Assembly: GCA_047947115.1 (NCBI GenBank)
Contig: CP170459.1
Span: forward strand, 3,136,001 to 3,200,000
DNA from: Verrucomicrobiota bacterium
GTDB lineage: Bacteria > Verrucomicrobiota > Verrucomicrobiia > Limisphaerales > AAA164-E04
Direction: 5' to 3'
DNA length: 64,000 nucleotides
Shown: piece by piece, positions 46,301-52,945 of the stretch
How the letters are laid out: each line of letters starts with the position of its first letter
How positions within the stretch are numbered: the first letter of the stretch is position 1
Made by a program: the position numbers and the translations under genes
Notes under the pieces: model-generated
What the model was told of the DNA's origin: nothing
What the model saw: only the letters and a program-made list of their open reading frames with translations
Database searches by the model: none

Positions 46301-49300
46301 CGCTGACATTGAATCCGGACGGAAGCTTTAGCTATGTTCCAAATCCAGATTTCAACGGAACGGATACATTCACCTATACCATCACCGATGCCAACGGCAC
46401 CGAGGACACGGCGACGGTCGTGATCAATGTCAACGCTGTGGATGACCAACCTGCCGCGGTGGATGATATTTTTGCAGTTGATGAAGATGGCACATTGACC
46501 GTCCCGGTTGGAACGGGAGTGCTGAACAACGATACCCTTGGCGGAGACGGAGGAACACTTACAGTGACCAGCAGCACCGAGCCAACAAACGGTACGCTGA
46601 CTTTGAATCCGGACGGGAGTTTCAGTTATACGCCGAATCCTGACTTTTTCGGTTCTGACAGCTTTACCTATACCATTACAGATGCCGATGGAACATCAAA
46701 TACGGCTACTGTCGTAATTGTGGTAAACAGTGTGAATGACGCGCCCAAGGCCAATGATGACGTTTTCACCATTAATGAGGACGACACTTTAAGCCTGCCT
46801 AAAGAGTCAGGTGTTCTATCCAATGATACAGCGGGTGGGGATGGTGGCCCATTGGAAATCGTGGATCATACGCAGCCCCAGAATGGAACTGTTATTTTGA
46901 CTCCCGACGGTGTCCTTATTTATATCCCCGATCCGAATTTTCATGGTTTGGAAATCTTTGAATACACCGTTCAGGATGGAGACGGGACTACCGATACCGC
47001 GATTATCACTATTGTTGTGAACGATGTGAACGATGCGCCAACGGTTGATAAGGATTTGCTACCCGAAGAGTTTGATGCCGATAACGGATTCACCTTGAAA
47101 ATCTTTGACGGAGAATCGATCAATCGTGACATTGGAAGCGCATTCAGTGATGAAGACGGCGATCCGTTGCTCTTTACCGCTGAAGGTTTGCCACCTGGTT
47201 TAATCCTTGATCCCGATACGGGGATTCTCTCCGGAGTCGTGGACAACTCGGCCAGCCGCGGTGGTGAAAACAACGATGGTCTTTACGTTGTTGTGATCAC
47301 CGTGAGCGATCAAAACGGAGGCTTGGTTGAATGGGTCATCACCATTGTGGTGGGTAATCCTGTTCCGTTAGCCAATCAGGATATTTACTTTGTGGATGAA
47401 GACTCGGCACTGAATGTTTCGGCCCCGGGTGTGCTTGAAAATGACACGGACCCTGACGGTGATACTTTGCAAGTGGTCACCATCGTCTTGCCACCTTCGC
47501 ACGGGAGCGCCGTGGTGAATCCGGATGGAAGCCTGACTTACACCCCGAACCCGAACTTCAACGGCAGCGACCTGTTGTTGTATCAAATTCAGGATGCTGA
47601 CGGAGATACTGCAGTTGCCGATGTGGTTTTGATCGTCAACCCAGTGAATGACGGGCCTGTTGCTGTGGATGATGTTTATTCGATCAATGAAGATCAGACG
47701 CTGACGGTGCCATCTGAAGGTGGATTGTTAGTCAATGACTCTGTTGGCGGGGACGGGGGACTTCTACAGGTTGTTGATTTTACACAACCGGTAAGTGGTA
47801 CGTTGATTGTGACTCCGAATGGTGAGGTGATCTATATGCCGGAGCCAAATTTCAACGGTAGCGTAGAGTTTGAATATACCTTACAGGACGGTGACGGTAC
47901 TACCGCCACGGCTCGCGTCTCCATTGCAGTGAATTCCATCAATGATGTGCCCAAATTGGACAGTGCCTTGGTGCCCGGACAATTTGATCCTGATTCCGGT
48001 TTTGTTTGGTCAATCGATGACGGAGAATCGATCAATCGTGACATCGGAAGCGCATTCAGTGATGAAGACGGCGATCCGTTGCTCTTTACCGCTGAAGGTT
48101 TGCCTCCTGGTTTAACCCTTGATCCCGATACGGGGATTCTGTCCGGAGTCGTAGACAACTCGGCCAGCCGGGGTGGCGAAAACAACGATGGTCTTTACGT
48201 TGTTGTGATCACCGTGAGCGATCAAAATGGAGGTTTGGTTGAATGGGTTATCACCATTGTGGTGGGGAATCCTGTTCCAGAAGCCAATCAGGATGTTTAT
48301 TTCTTGGATGAAGACACTTTGCTGAATGTATCGGCTTCGGGTGTTCTTGAGAATGATACGGATTCGGACGGGGACGCCTTGCAGGTCACTGCAGTGGTCT
48401 TGCCACCCAGCAATGGGGTGGCGGTATTGAACCCTGATGGAAGCCTGACTTATACCCCGAACCCTAATTTCAACGGTAGTGATTTGCTGCTGTATCAAAT
48501 TGAAGATGCAGATGGAGACACCGCTGTCGCTGCGGTGATATTGATCATCAATCCTATCGATGACGGCCCTGTTGCGGTGGATGATGTTTACGTGGTCAAT
48601 GAAGACCAGGTCCTGACTGTTCCGGATGTGAGCGGACTTCTGTCGAACGATTCAGTTGGAGGTGATGGGGGATTGTTGACCGTGGTGGATAATACCTCGA
48701 TTGCCAATGGTGTCTTGATCGTCACTGCTTCAGGGGAATTGATTTACATACCAGCCCTCAACTTTAATGGAACTGAAGTGTTCGAATACACCATCGAGGA
48801 TGCGGATGGAACCATCGATACAGCAACGGTCACTCTCATCGTCAACGAAGTAAATGATCCGCCGATGCTCCAGGCAGGGCGTTTGCCTTCCGAACTTGGT
48901 GACGGGCCTGTTTTCCAATGGAAGGTGTTGGATGGGGAATCTCTAAACTTGGACCTGGGAGGCGGGTTTGACGATGCAGATCAGGATGGTTTGCGATTCA
49001 TCGCCGAAGGATTGCCTCCGGGATTGTCCATCCATCCAGAAACTGGAGTTATCAGTGGCATCGTGCCAATCGTCGCCAGCAGCGGAGGTGATGGCAATGA
49101 AGGTGTTTATGTGGTGGTTGTCACGGTCAAGGATCAGCGAGGCGGGACAACCGAACTCGAATTGGAATTGGTCGTGGGGAATCCGTTGCCAAGCGCCGTT
49201 GATGACTCATACACAATCGACGAGGACACCTTGTTGAATATTCCAGCTCCAGGAGTTCTTGCAAACGACACGGATCCTGATGGAGATGTGCTTCGGGTGA

Positions 49301-51669
49301 CGGGCATTGTCCTTCCGGCCAGCAATGGAGAGGCAACTCTCAACCCTGATGGAAGCCTGACATACTTGCCGAATCCGGAATTCAATGGATCCGACTTCCT
49401 GATCTACCAGATGGAAGACAGTGATGGTGGAACTTCCGCGGCTGTGGTTTCGATCACCGTGATTCCGGCGAATGATCCTCCTTTGTTGGATTTGTCACTT
49501 CTGCCGGAAGAGTTCCAGACCGAACCTGTTTTGACCGTGGTCCTGGAAGATGACCAGAACGTGAGCATCGATCTTGGTGGAGCTTTCAGAGATCCAGAAT
49601 TGGACAACCTGTCCTTCCTGGTGGACAATTTGCCGCCAGGTTTGCGAATTGATCCGGAAACAGGATTGATCTCCGGCACCATTCCGCCATCGGGCAGTCA
49701 AGGTGGAACCAATGAGGATGGTATTTATCAGATCATCATTTCGGTATCCGATGGCAAGGGTGGTATTACTCCGGTAGATGTTCAGATCAGAGTCTTGAAC
49801 CCGCCTCCTGTTGCCGTTGATGATGCCTACTCGGTGAGTGAGGAATCGGTTCTGGTGGTGGACGCTCCGGGAGTGCTTGTCAATGACAGTGATCCCGACG
49901 GGGATGGAATCTCCGTATCAAGATTGCTGGTGCAACCGTCCGGGGGAGTAGCCACCATCAATAGTGATGGCAGTCTGATTTACACCCCGAATGGCGATTT
50001 CCATGGCCTTGATCAATTTGTTTATGAATTAATCGATACAAATGGTGGTACCAGTTCCGCCTTTATTTCGGTCGATGTCATCGACATCAAGGATCCACCC
50101 GTCGCCAATCCTGATTCCTATGTCCTCGGTGAGGATGTCTCAGAAACATTTTTTGATATCAAAGTCAACGATTACGATCCGGATTCAACGGAGTTGACTC
50201 CTGTTATCGTGGATGCACCTCCGGGAGGTTCCATTCGAATCGATGCCGTCGGCGATTTGTATTACACGCCGAATGACGACTTTTCCGGAACAGATATCTT
50301 CACCTACAAACTGGTGGATGAAGCCAATCAGGAATCAGCACCTGCCGAAGTGAGGGTTCGTGTTCTGGCGGGACCGAAGAACCATCTGCAGTCTCCGGAT
50401 GCACCGATTGTCATTTTCCAGAATGTCGAAGGTTTTGGTACGACATTGACTTTTTCTGCGGATAACAATCCTCCGAACCAGATCAGTGTTACGGACCCTG
50501 ACAGTGAAGAACTGACGATTACCATGTCGGTGACCAATGGTAATTTGTCCGTGGATGCAAATCCAAATCTCGTCTTTACCGACGGTGTTTTTGAAGACTC
50601 GCGTGGGATTCAGATGTTCGGACGTAAGGAACACTTGAATGAGGCGCTGGCTTCCTTGAGGTATGTTCCGGACATTGATTACCTGGGCCCGGATCGGTTG
50701 GTTATCTTCACTGAAGATGAAGGTGGACCCGGAGAATTGCCTGTCAGATTTGACGAGGATAATGACGGGTTGACCATTCTGGTTGAACTGCGTGCTCTGG
50801 CTGGCTTGCAAAGCTCTGACGTGACTTCATTACTCAGTCATTCGGCCGTTCCTATCAAGAACGTGGAACTGGTTGGGTTCGATGATAAAGTGATTGGCGG
50901 TGTGACCATCAGTACAGAGAATGGTCTGGAGGTGGCCTTTGATCCTCTACCCGGTCAAGGTGGTTTGAAACAACCCACCGAAATCGAAATTCTGGTGACT
51001 TATGAAGACGGATCGAAGGAAACCCTCAAGATTCCCGTCACGGTATTTCAGCCTGAGTTGATCGTGGTTGAGGAATTGGTGCCGACCATTTCGACATCCA
51101 GCAATTTGAATCCTCAAACAGGTTTCTTTGAGCAGGTGATTGAAATTGCCAACAACACCCCATTCGATTTTGCTGCTATTCGAATTTATATTCATGACAT
51201 GCAGCCAGACGTGAACGTCAAGTTCATGACCAAAAAGGATCTGTTTGGAACGTATGTGGAGTTTGCTGTGGACCTCAAGGAGGGCGAGAGTACCACAGTT
51301 ATTCTGGAATACTTTAGCACCACCGGTAAGGCAATCACTCCGCCGCGTCTTGAAATGTTGGTAAGGCGTTCCATTGAATCCGATCCAACCGGACCGACCG
51401 GTGAACGGCTGGAAGCAGCCTTTTCTGCGGGGGTTGGGGCCAATGGTCGCGTCAATCGATCCTACCTCAGTTTCCATTCTGAAGAAGGGTTTGTTTACTG
51501 GGTGGAATACAGTGACGACATGGTCAACTGGAAAGCAGCCTTGAATTCCATCGAAGGAACAGGTGAAATGATCCTATGGCAGGACACGGGAGCACCCAAC
51601 ACGGCTCCAATGCCTTCCGGAGATGGTCAAGGCCGAATTTATCGCATTGTCAAGCAACCATTGGAATAG
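31348..51669 (+). CDS. Giant (~6,770 aa) repetitive secreted surface protein/adhesin
   Basis: Single uninterrupted ORF with a Sec-like signal (…GLLLTSFFHVTGFA-Q), an LLEEAGH..D domain, a Calx-beta-like unit, 30 choice-of-anchor-D-like Ig repeats, ~17 tandem-95 repeats, 4 He_PIG-like domains and a C-terminal module. Confidence 0.93.
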   Translation: MIKLSNTRPFLGRSYSDACLWMGLLLTSFFHVTGFAQTSITQGHSENPDAADLLANIHSEDDLLTWQSEAILTSMTDSNKHFITCNLDLHAETKESQMITKAIQEAEGVLYDLPNRKDFASLLEMAFGNAGSEISSFETRLVMLQRELNGNGLELPLELRQGKEMEGILAAYAESSPDGSERIYVNMDWVSRLPSPRQLTSVLLEEAGHAIDRRLNGAFDSKGDEGAIFAMLLNQENLRGLDADLLNENDSMIIQIDGESVNVECASAGDVSLVFVDGYIGTMGSNPQQNNNVNRFSTLGIDRMAFSQNDSDGDGNFSLQGNDIQGTLTITADNGNKYTLAATMVWLDKSGNSIDNFGALFDDASQSTQTIVTSKGSLTLQLGDDANLDSNVSLTALTTSKTYADGSNISGSADKNNLLRALNDYLGDTVQVSTITTSDITEGDNLVYTVTLEAAAPSNAYYAYIISSTDSTVTNATFSNGVTVNTADGTILVPNGVSSFTVTYNTSDDSTVESTKTATLTAGNFAATANILDNDSAAPEINVQGGTPATDIADGDTVPSTTDDTDFGNVLTGSSDAHTFTIQNTGTGSLTVATPTFSGTNSGDFSITTAPTSPVAASGSTTFVVTFTPGGTGERTATLSFTNSDGDESPYNFALKGTGVTPEINVQGGTPATDIADGDTVPSTTDDTDFGNVLTGSSDAHTFTIQNTGTGSLTVATPTFSGTNSGDFSITTAPTSPVAASGSTTFVVTFTPGGTGERTATLSFTNSDGDESPYNFALKGTGVTPEINVQGGTPATDIADGDTVPSTTDDTDFGNVLTGSSDAHTFTIQNTGTGSLTVATPTFSGTNSGDFSITTAPTSPVAASGSTTFVVMFTPGGTGERTATLSFTNSDGDESPYNFALKGTGVTPEINVQGGTPATDIADGDTVPSTTDDTDFGNVLTGSSDAHTFTIQDTGTGSLTVATPTFSGTNSGDFSITTAPTSPVAASGSTTFVVTFTPGGTGERTATLSFTNSDGDESPYNFALKGTGVTPEINVQGGTPATDIADGDTVPSTTDDTDFGNVLTGSSDAHTFTIQNTGTGSLTVATPTFSGTNSGDFSITTAPTSPVAASGSTTFVVTFTPGGTGERTATLSFTNSDGDESPYNFALKGTGVTPEINVQGGTPATDIADGDTVPSTTDDTDFGNVLTGSSDAHTFTIQNTGTGSLTVATPTFSGTNSGDFSITTAPTSPVAASGSTTFVVTFTPGGTGERTATLSFTNSDGDESPYNFALKGTGVTPEINVQGGTPATDIADGDTVPSTTDDTDFGNVLTGSSDAHTFTIQNTGTGSLTVATPTFSGTNSGDFSITTAPTSPVAASGSTTFVVTFTPGGTGERTATLSFTNSDGDESPYNFALKGTGVTPEINVQGGTPATDIADGDTVPSTTDDTDFGNVLTGSSDAHTFTIQNTGTGSLTVATPTFSGTNSGDFSITTAPTSPVAASGSTTFVVTFTPGGTGERTATLSFTNSDGDESPYNFALKGTGVTPEINVQGGTPATDIADGDTVPSTTDDTDFGNVLTGSSDAHTFTIQNTGTGSLTVATPTFSGTNSGDFSITTAPTSPVAASGSTTFVVTFTPGGTGERTATLSFTNSDGDESPYNFALKGTGVTPEINVQGGTPATDIADGDTVPSTTDDTDFGNVLTGSSDAHTFTIQNTGTGSLTVATPTFSGTNSGDFSITTAPTSPVAASGSTTFVVMFTPGGTGERTATLSFTNSDGDESPYNFALKGTGVTPEINVQGGTPATDIADGDTVPSTTDDTDFGNVLTGSSDAHTFTIQNTGTGSLTVATPTFSGTNSGDFSITTAPTSPVAASGSTTFVVTFTPGGTGERTATLSFTNSDGDESPYNFALKGTGVTPEINVQGGTPATDIADGDTVPSTTDDTDFGNVLTGSSDAHTFTIQNTGTGSLTVATPTFSGTNSGDFSITTAPTSPVAASGSTTFVVTFTPGGTGERTATLSFTNSDGDESPYNFALKGTGVTPEINVQGGTPATDIADGDTVPSTTDDTDFGNVLTGSSDAHTFTIQNTGTGSLTVATPTFSGTNSGDFSITTAPTSPVAASGSTTFVVTFTPGGTGERTATLSFTNSDGDESPYNFALKGTGVTPEINVQGGTPATDIADGDTVPSTTDDTDFGNVLTGSSDAHTFTIQNTGTGSLTVATPTFSGTNSGDFSITTAPTSPVAASGSTTFVVTFTPGGTGERTATLSFTNSDGDESPYNFALKGTGVTPEINVQGGTPATDIADGDTVPSTTDDTDFGNVLTGSSDAHTFTIQNTGTGSLTVATPTFSGTNSGDFSITTAPTSPVAASGSTTFVVTFTPGGTGERTATLSFTNSDGDESPYNFALKGTGVTPEINVQGGTPATDIADGDTVPSTTDDTDFGNVLTGSSDAHTFTIQNTGTGSLTVATPTFSGTNSGDFSITTAPTSPVAASGSTTFVVMFTPGGTGERTATLSFTNSDGDESPYNFALKGTGVTPEINVQGGTPATDIADGDTVPSTTDDTDFGNVLTGSSDAHTFTIQNTGTGSLTVATPTFSGTNSGDFSITTAPTSPVAASGSTTFVVTFTPGGTGERTATLSFTNSDGDESPYNFALKGTGVTPEINVQGGTPATDIADGDTVPSTTDDTDFGNVLTGSSDAHTFTIQNTGTGSLTVATPTFSGTNSGDFSITTAPTSPVAASGSTTFVVMFTPGGTGERTATLSFTNSDGDESPYNFALKGTGVTPEINVQGGTPATDIADGDTVPSTTDDTDFGNVLTGSSDAHTFTIQNAGTGSLTVATPTFSGTNSGDFSITTAPTSPVAASGSTTFVVTFTPGGTGERTATLSFTNSDGDESPYNFALKGTGVTPEINLVGNSNNIADDTGHTPSTTDDTDFGNVDTVAGTDVNTFTIENTGTGTLTVGTITISGANAADFTAGTPTSTSIAAGGTATFTLTFNPSADGERTASISITSDDGDENPYNFNLKGTGTSPEINLVGNSNNIADDTGHTPSTTDDTDFGDVDTAAGTDVNTFTIQNTGTGTLTVGTITISGTNAADFTAGTPTSTSIAAGGTATFTLTFNPSGDGERTASIAIASDDGDENLYNFNLKGTGTSPEINLVGNSNNIADDTGHTPSTTDDTDFGNVDTASGTDVNTFTIQNTGTGTLTVGTITISGTNASDFTAGTPTSTSIAAGGTATFTLTFNPSADGERTASISIASDDGDENPYNFNLKGTGTSPEINLVGNSNNIADDTGHTPSTTDDTDFGDVDTAAGTDVNTFTIQNTGTGTLTVGTITISGTNAADFTAGTPTSTSIAAGGTATFTLTFNPSGDGERTASIAIASDDGDENPYNFNLKGTGTSPEINLVGNSNNIADDTGHTPSTTDDTDFGNVDTAAGTDVNTFTIQNTGTGTLTVGTITISGTNAADFTAGTPTSTSIAAGGTATFTLTFNPSADGERTANISIASDDGDENPYNFNLKGTGTSPEINLVGNSNNIADDTGHTPSTTDDTDFGDVDTASGTDVNTFTIQNTGTGTLTVGTITISGTNAADFTAGTPTSTSIAAGGTATFTLTFNPSADGERTASISIASDDGDENPYNFNLKGTGTSPEINLVGNSNNIADDTGHTPSTTDDTDFGNVDTAAGTDVNTFTIQNTGTGTLTVGTITISGTNAADFTADTPTSTSIAAGGTATFTLTFNPSGDGKRTASIAIASDDGDENPYNFNLKGTGTSPEINLVGNSNNIADDTGHTPSTTDDTDFGNVDTASGTDVNTFTIQNTGTGTLTVGTIAISGTNASDFSAGTPTSTSIAAGGTATFTLTFNPSGDGERTASIAIASDDGDENPYNFNLKGTGTSPEINVQGNAINIVDGDTSPNTNDNTDFGNVLTGSSDAHSFTILNVGSGDLTVATPTFSGTHATDFSITTTPSSPVGASSNTSFVVTFTPGGTGVRTATLSFTNSDGDENPYNFDLQGTGVTPEINVQGNSIDIVDGDTSPSTADDTDFGDVLTGSSDAHTFTVQNTGTGTLTVVTPTFSGTHAADFSITTVPSSPVAASSDTTFVVTFTPGGTGTRTASLSFTNSDGDESPYDFDLQGTGVVPEMNVQGNGTDIASGDTTPATSDDTDFGSVNVSGATQPKTFTIQNTGTGMLSITGTPLVDITGADKSHFSVTTDPSNSVVASADTTFVVTFDPSSSGTKTATISIANSDSDENPYTFTIQGYGDEAPDAVNDTYATNEDVALTVAASGVLANDNVGGNGAPVGGMAATKVTDPANGSLTLNSDGSFTYTPASNYNGADSFTYSITDSDGDSDTATVSITVNGVNDTPVATNDAYSVDEDTSLTVSAAGVLSNDSIGGDGGTLAATKETDPSNGSVTLNTDGSLVYTPTANFNGTDSFTYSIVDSDGSKAIATVTITVNPIDDNPSAVDDTYAVNEDTTLTVPVATGVLDNDNIGGDGGTLESVKITDPGNGTLTLNTDGSFTYIPTANFNGTDTFTYQIEDADGDTDDATVTITVNSVDDNPDAVNDTYAVNEDNTLTVPAGTGVLNNDDIGGDGGTLKSVKITDPTNGTLILNSDGSLAYTPNANFNGTDTFTYSIVDADGDTDAATVTVTVNSVDDNPDAVDDTYAVNEDNTLTVAVGNGVLNNDNIGGDGGTLVATKLSDPSNGTLILNSDGSLTYTPNANFNGTDTFTYSIVDADGDTDTATVTVTVNSVDDGPDAVDDTYAVDEDNTLTVAVGTGVLNNDNIGGDGGTLAATKSSDPSNGTLILNSDGSLTYTPNANFNGTDAFTYSIVDVDGDTDNATVTVTVNSVDDGPDAVDDLYVIDEDTPLIVPAETGVLNNDTLGGDGGVLVVASNTPPSNGILSINPDGNSSLPRRVIRQAVTELTINVDGSFSYIPNPDFNGTDSFTYTITDANGTTDTATVVINVNAVDDQPAALDDTYAVNEDGTLTVPVGTGVLNNDNIGGDGGTLTVTGSTQPSNGSLTLNPDGSFSYVPNPDFNGTDTFTYTITDANGTEDTATVVINVNAVDDQPAAVDDIFAVDEDGTLTVPVGTGVLNNDTLGGDGGTLTVTSSTEPTNGTLTLNPDGSFSYTPNPDFFGSDSFTYTITDADGTSNTATVVIVVNSVNDAPKANDDVFTINEDDTLSLPKESGVLSNDTAGGDGGPLEIVDHTQPQNGTVILTPDGVLIYIPDPNFHGLEIFEYTVQDGDGTTDTAIITIVVNDVNDAPTVDKDLLPEEFDADNGFTLKIFDGESINRDIGSAFSDEDGDPLLFTAEGLPPGLILDPDTGILSGVVDNSASRGGENNDGLYVVVITVSDQNGGLVEWVITIVVGNPVPLANQDIYFVDEDSALNVSAPGVLENDTDPDGDTLQVVTIVLPPSHGSAVVNPDGSLTYTPNPNFNGSDLLLYQIQDADGDTAVADVVLIVNPVNDGPVAVDDVYSINEDQTLTVPSEGGLLVNDSVGGDGGLLQVVDFTQPVSGTLIVTPNGEVIYMPEPNFNGSVEFEYTLQDGDGTTATARVSIAVNSINDVPKLDSALVPGQFDPDSGFVWSIDDGESINRDIGSAFSDEDGDPLLFTAEGLPPGLTLDPDTGILSGVVDNSASRGGENNDGLYVVVITVSDQNGGLVEWVITIVVGNPVPEANQDVYFLDEDTLLNVSASGVLENDTDSDGDALQVTAVVLPPSNGVAVLNPDGSLTYTPNPNFNGSDLLLYQIEDADGDTAVAAVILIINPIDDGPVAVDDVYVVNEDQVLTVPDVSGLLSNDSVGGDGGLLTVVDNTSIANGVLIVTASGELIYIPALNFNGTEVFEYTIEDADGTIDTATVTLIVNEVNDPPMLQAGRLPSELGDGPVFQWKVLDGESLNLDLGGGFDDADQDGLRFIAEGLPPGLSIHPETGVISGIVPIVASSGGDGNEGVYVVVVTVKDQRGGTTELELELVVGNPLPSAVDDSYTIDEDTLLNIPAPGVLANDTDPDGDVLRVTGIVLPASNGEATLNPDGSLTYLPNPEFNGSDFLIYQMEDSDGGTSAAVVSITVIPANDPPLLDLSLLPEEFQTEPVLTVVLEDDQNVSIDLGGAFRDPELDNLSFLVDNLPPGLRIDPETGLISGTIPPSGSQGGTNEDGIYQIIISVSDGKGGITPVDVQIRVLNPPPVAVDDAYSVSEESVLVVDAPGVLVNDSDPDGDGISVSRLLVQPSGGVATINSDGSLIYTPNGDFHGLDQFVYELIDTNGGTSSAFISVDVIDIKDPPVANPDSYVLGEDVSETFFDIKVNDYDPDSTELTPVIVDAPPGGSIRIDAVGDLYYTPNDDFSGTDIFTYKLVDEANQESAPAEVRVRVLAGPKNHLQSPDAPIVIFQNVEGFGTTLTFSADNNPPNQISVTDPDSEELTITMSVTNGNLSVDANPNLVFTDGVFEDSRGIQMFGRKEHLNEALASLRYVPDIDYLGPDRLVIFTEDEGGPGELPVRFDEDNDGLTILVELRALAGLQSSDVTSLLSHSAVPIKNVELVGFDDKVIGGVTISTENGLEVAFDPLPGQGGLKQPTEIEILVTYEDGSKETLKIPVTVFQPELIVVEELVPTISTSSNLNPQTGFFEQVIEIANNTPFDFAAIRIYIHDMQPDVNVKFMTKKDLFGTYVEFAVDLKEGESTTVILEYFSTTGKAITPPRLEMLVRRSIESDPTGPTGERLEAAFSAGVGANGRVNRSYLSFHSEEGFVYWVEYSDDMVNWKAALNSIEGTGEMILWQDTGAPNTAPMPSGDGQGRIYRIVKQPLE
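32962..39972 (+). repeat. 19 near-identical tandem 369-bp (123-aa) coding repeats, type A
   Basis: Unit starts cctgagatcaatgtgcagggaggc (PEINVQGG) every 369 bp; (39973-32962)/369 = 19. Confidence 0.97.
39973..42924 (+). repeat. 8 tandem 369-bp coding repeats, type B (PEINLVGNSNNIADD), synonymously diverged mosaics
   Basis: Units at 39973, 40342, 40711, 41080, 41449, 41818, 42187 and 42556. Confidence 0.95.
42925..44025 (+). repeat. Three diverged choice-of-anchor-D-like repeats
   Basis: PEINVQGNA, PEINVQGNS and PEMNVQGNG units, each with TDFG and DE.PY.F motifs. Confidence 0.85.
44026..50370 (+). repeat. ~17 tandem-95/cadherin-like Ig repeats interspersed with 4 He_PIG-like domains
   Basis: Recurring P.A.DD.Y...ED...GVL.ND...DGS..Y.P..NFNG.D.F.Y, plus four (G/N)LPPGL.(L/I)(D/H)P.TG.(L/I)SG domains. 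Confidence 0.88.
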
Positions 51670-51673
51670 GCTC

Positions 51674-52921
51674 ATGAGTCGCAATATATCAAGATATAAA
51701 CGCATAACGCCCGTCTCACTGATGATGGCTGCTGCCGGTTCGTTGAGTGCACAAGAGATTCCTCAACCATTCGTGGTCAACGAAAGCCTGCTGGCCCTCA
51801 CACACGTGGAGCAAGCCATCATGCTCGCGCAGAATGATGCTATGGGGCAGAGTGATGTCATGGCCAGTGGTAATATCGTTGAGTCGAATACCATCTCGGA
51901 GGATGTTTCGAACATGGGTATTGTGGAACCGGAAAAGGATCGCAAATCCCGCATTGGAGCAGGTTTTTCCCTCTTGACCAATGTGAAAGCCTCCATCGGT
52001 TCGCTGTCGATATTCACCGCAAACAGTGGGCCCGCCACGGGCAGCACGGTGAATCGCGATTATCTGGATGGGTTTGTCTATCTGGATTCGTCAGACAATC
52101 TCGGTGACTTGCGGGTGCCATTTCGCACACACAATTTTGGGTTTGTAAGCAGGGGGCAAGTGCACCCTGCAGCGGGGGCAGGCACCATTGATTTTCACGA
52201 TGTCCGCCTGGATGGGGGAAGTTATGCGTCACCTGAAAAATCCGGTTTTGCTCCTGGATTTGAAGTGCATTACAGCCACCGGCTTAAACGCACTGACAAG
52301 TGGAAATATGAACTGGAACTTGGACTTGGAATTCAGGATTTTGATTTTGATATCAAAGACAAGCCAGCCGATTTCCAGGTTCTGACAGACTCCTATCAAC
52401 TGGGTGGTGTGGACCCAACAGTGTTCGGAGTTCCCTATACGGGAAGTTTCTTCCCGAAACCCACTGGATCACCGAAAATCGGATCGACTCCCACGCGCAC
52501 GTTCGGAGCGGCAACAGGTACCATTGCCGGAGGAGCGGAAATCGAATCCTATGCCATCATCGGTCGATTGGGCCCAGGTGCACGTTATGATGCGACCGAG
52601 AAACTGGATCTTACCATGATGGGAGGCTTGACCCTGGCTTACATGCATGCCGATGTCACTTACGATGAATTGCAGACACTCAACCTTTCTGGTTCCAGTT
52701 TGACTTTCAATCAAGCCGGGGCGTTTAGTGAATCCGGGACCTTCTGGGGGTTCTTCGCTGCAGCTCGGGCCACCTATGACCTGAGTGAACGGCTCGGTGT
52801 TTACGGTGAAGCGCGTTACTTGCACTTGGAATCCTTCGACCTGAGCGATGGCGTACGCACTGTGGAACTGGACTTCGGAAGTGCCCTCGGTTTTCTGGTT
52901 GGTGTGACCTACGATTTCTGA
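51674..52921 (+). CDS. Putative outer-membrane beta-barrel protein with long loops
   Basis: Signal peptide (…MAAAGSLSA-QE); alternating amphipathic strands (GFEVHYSH, YELELGLG, FFAAARATYD, GVYGEARY); C-terminal GVTYDF Bam signal; starts 4 nt after the giant gene's stop. Confidence 0.82.
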   Translation: MSRNISRYKRITPVSLMMAAAGSLSAQEIPQPFVVNESLLALTHVEQAIMLAQNDAMGQSDVMASGNIVESNTISEDVSNMGIVEPEKDRKSRIGAGFSLLTNVKASIGSLSIFTANSGPATGSTVNRDYLDGFVYLDSSDNLGDLRVPFRTHNFGFVSRGQVHPAAGAGTIDFHDVRLDGGSYASPEKSGFAPGFEVHYSHRLKRTDKWKYELELGLGIQDFDFDIKDKPADFQVLTDSYQLGGVDPTVFGVPYTGSFFPKPTGSPKIGSTPTRTFGAATGTIAGGAEIESYAIIGRLGPGARYDATEKLDLTMMGGLTLAYMHADVTYDELQTLNLSGSSLTFNQAGAFSESGTFWGFFAAARATYDLSERLGVYGEARYLHLESFDLSDGVRTVELDFGSALGFLVGVTYDF

Positions 52922-52945
52922 TGCGGTTCTCCTAAAAGATCTGGA

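Noticed and set aside
47107..48279. Duplicated segment as a DGR template/variable repeat pair
   Set aside because: Differences are not adenine-specific, both copies are coding, and there is no reverse transcriptase in the window.
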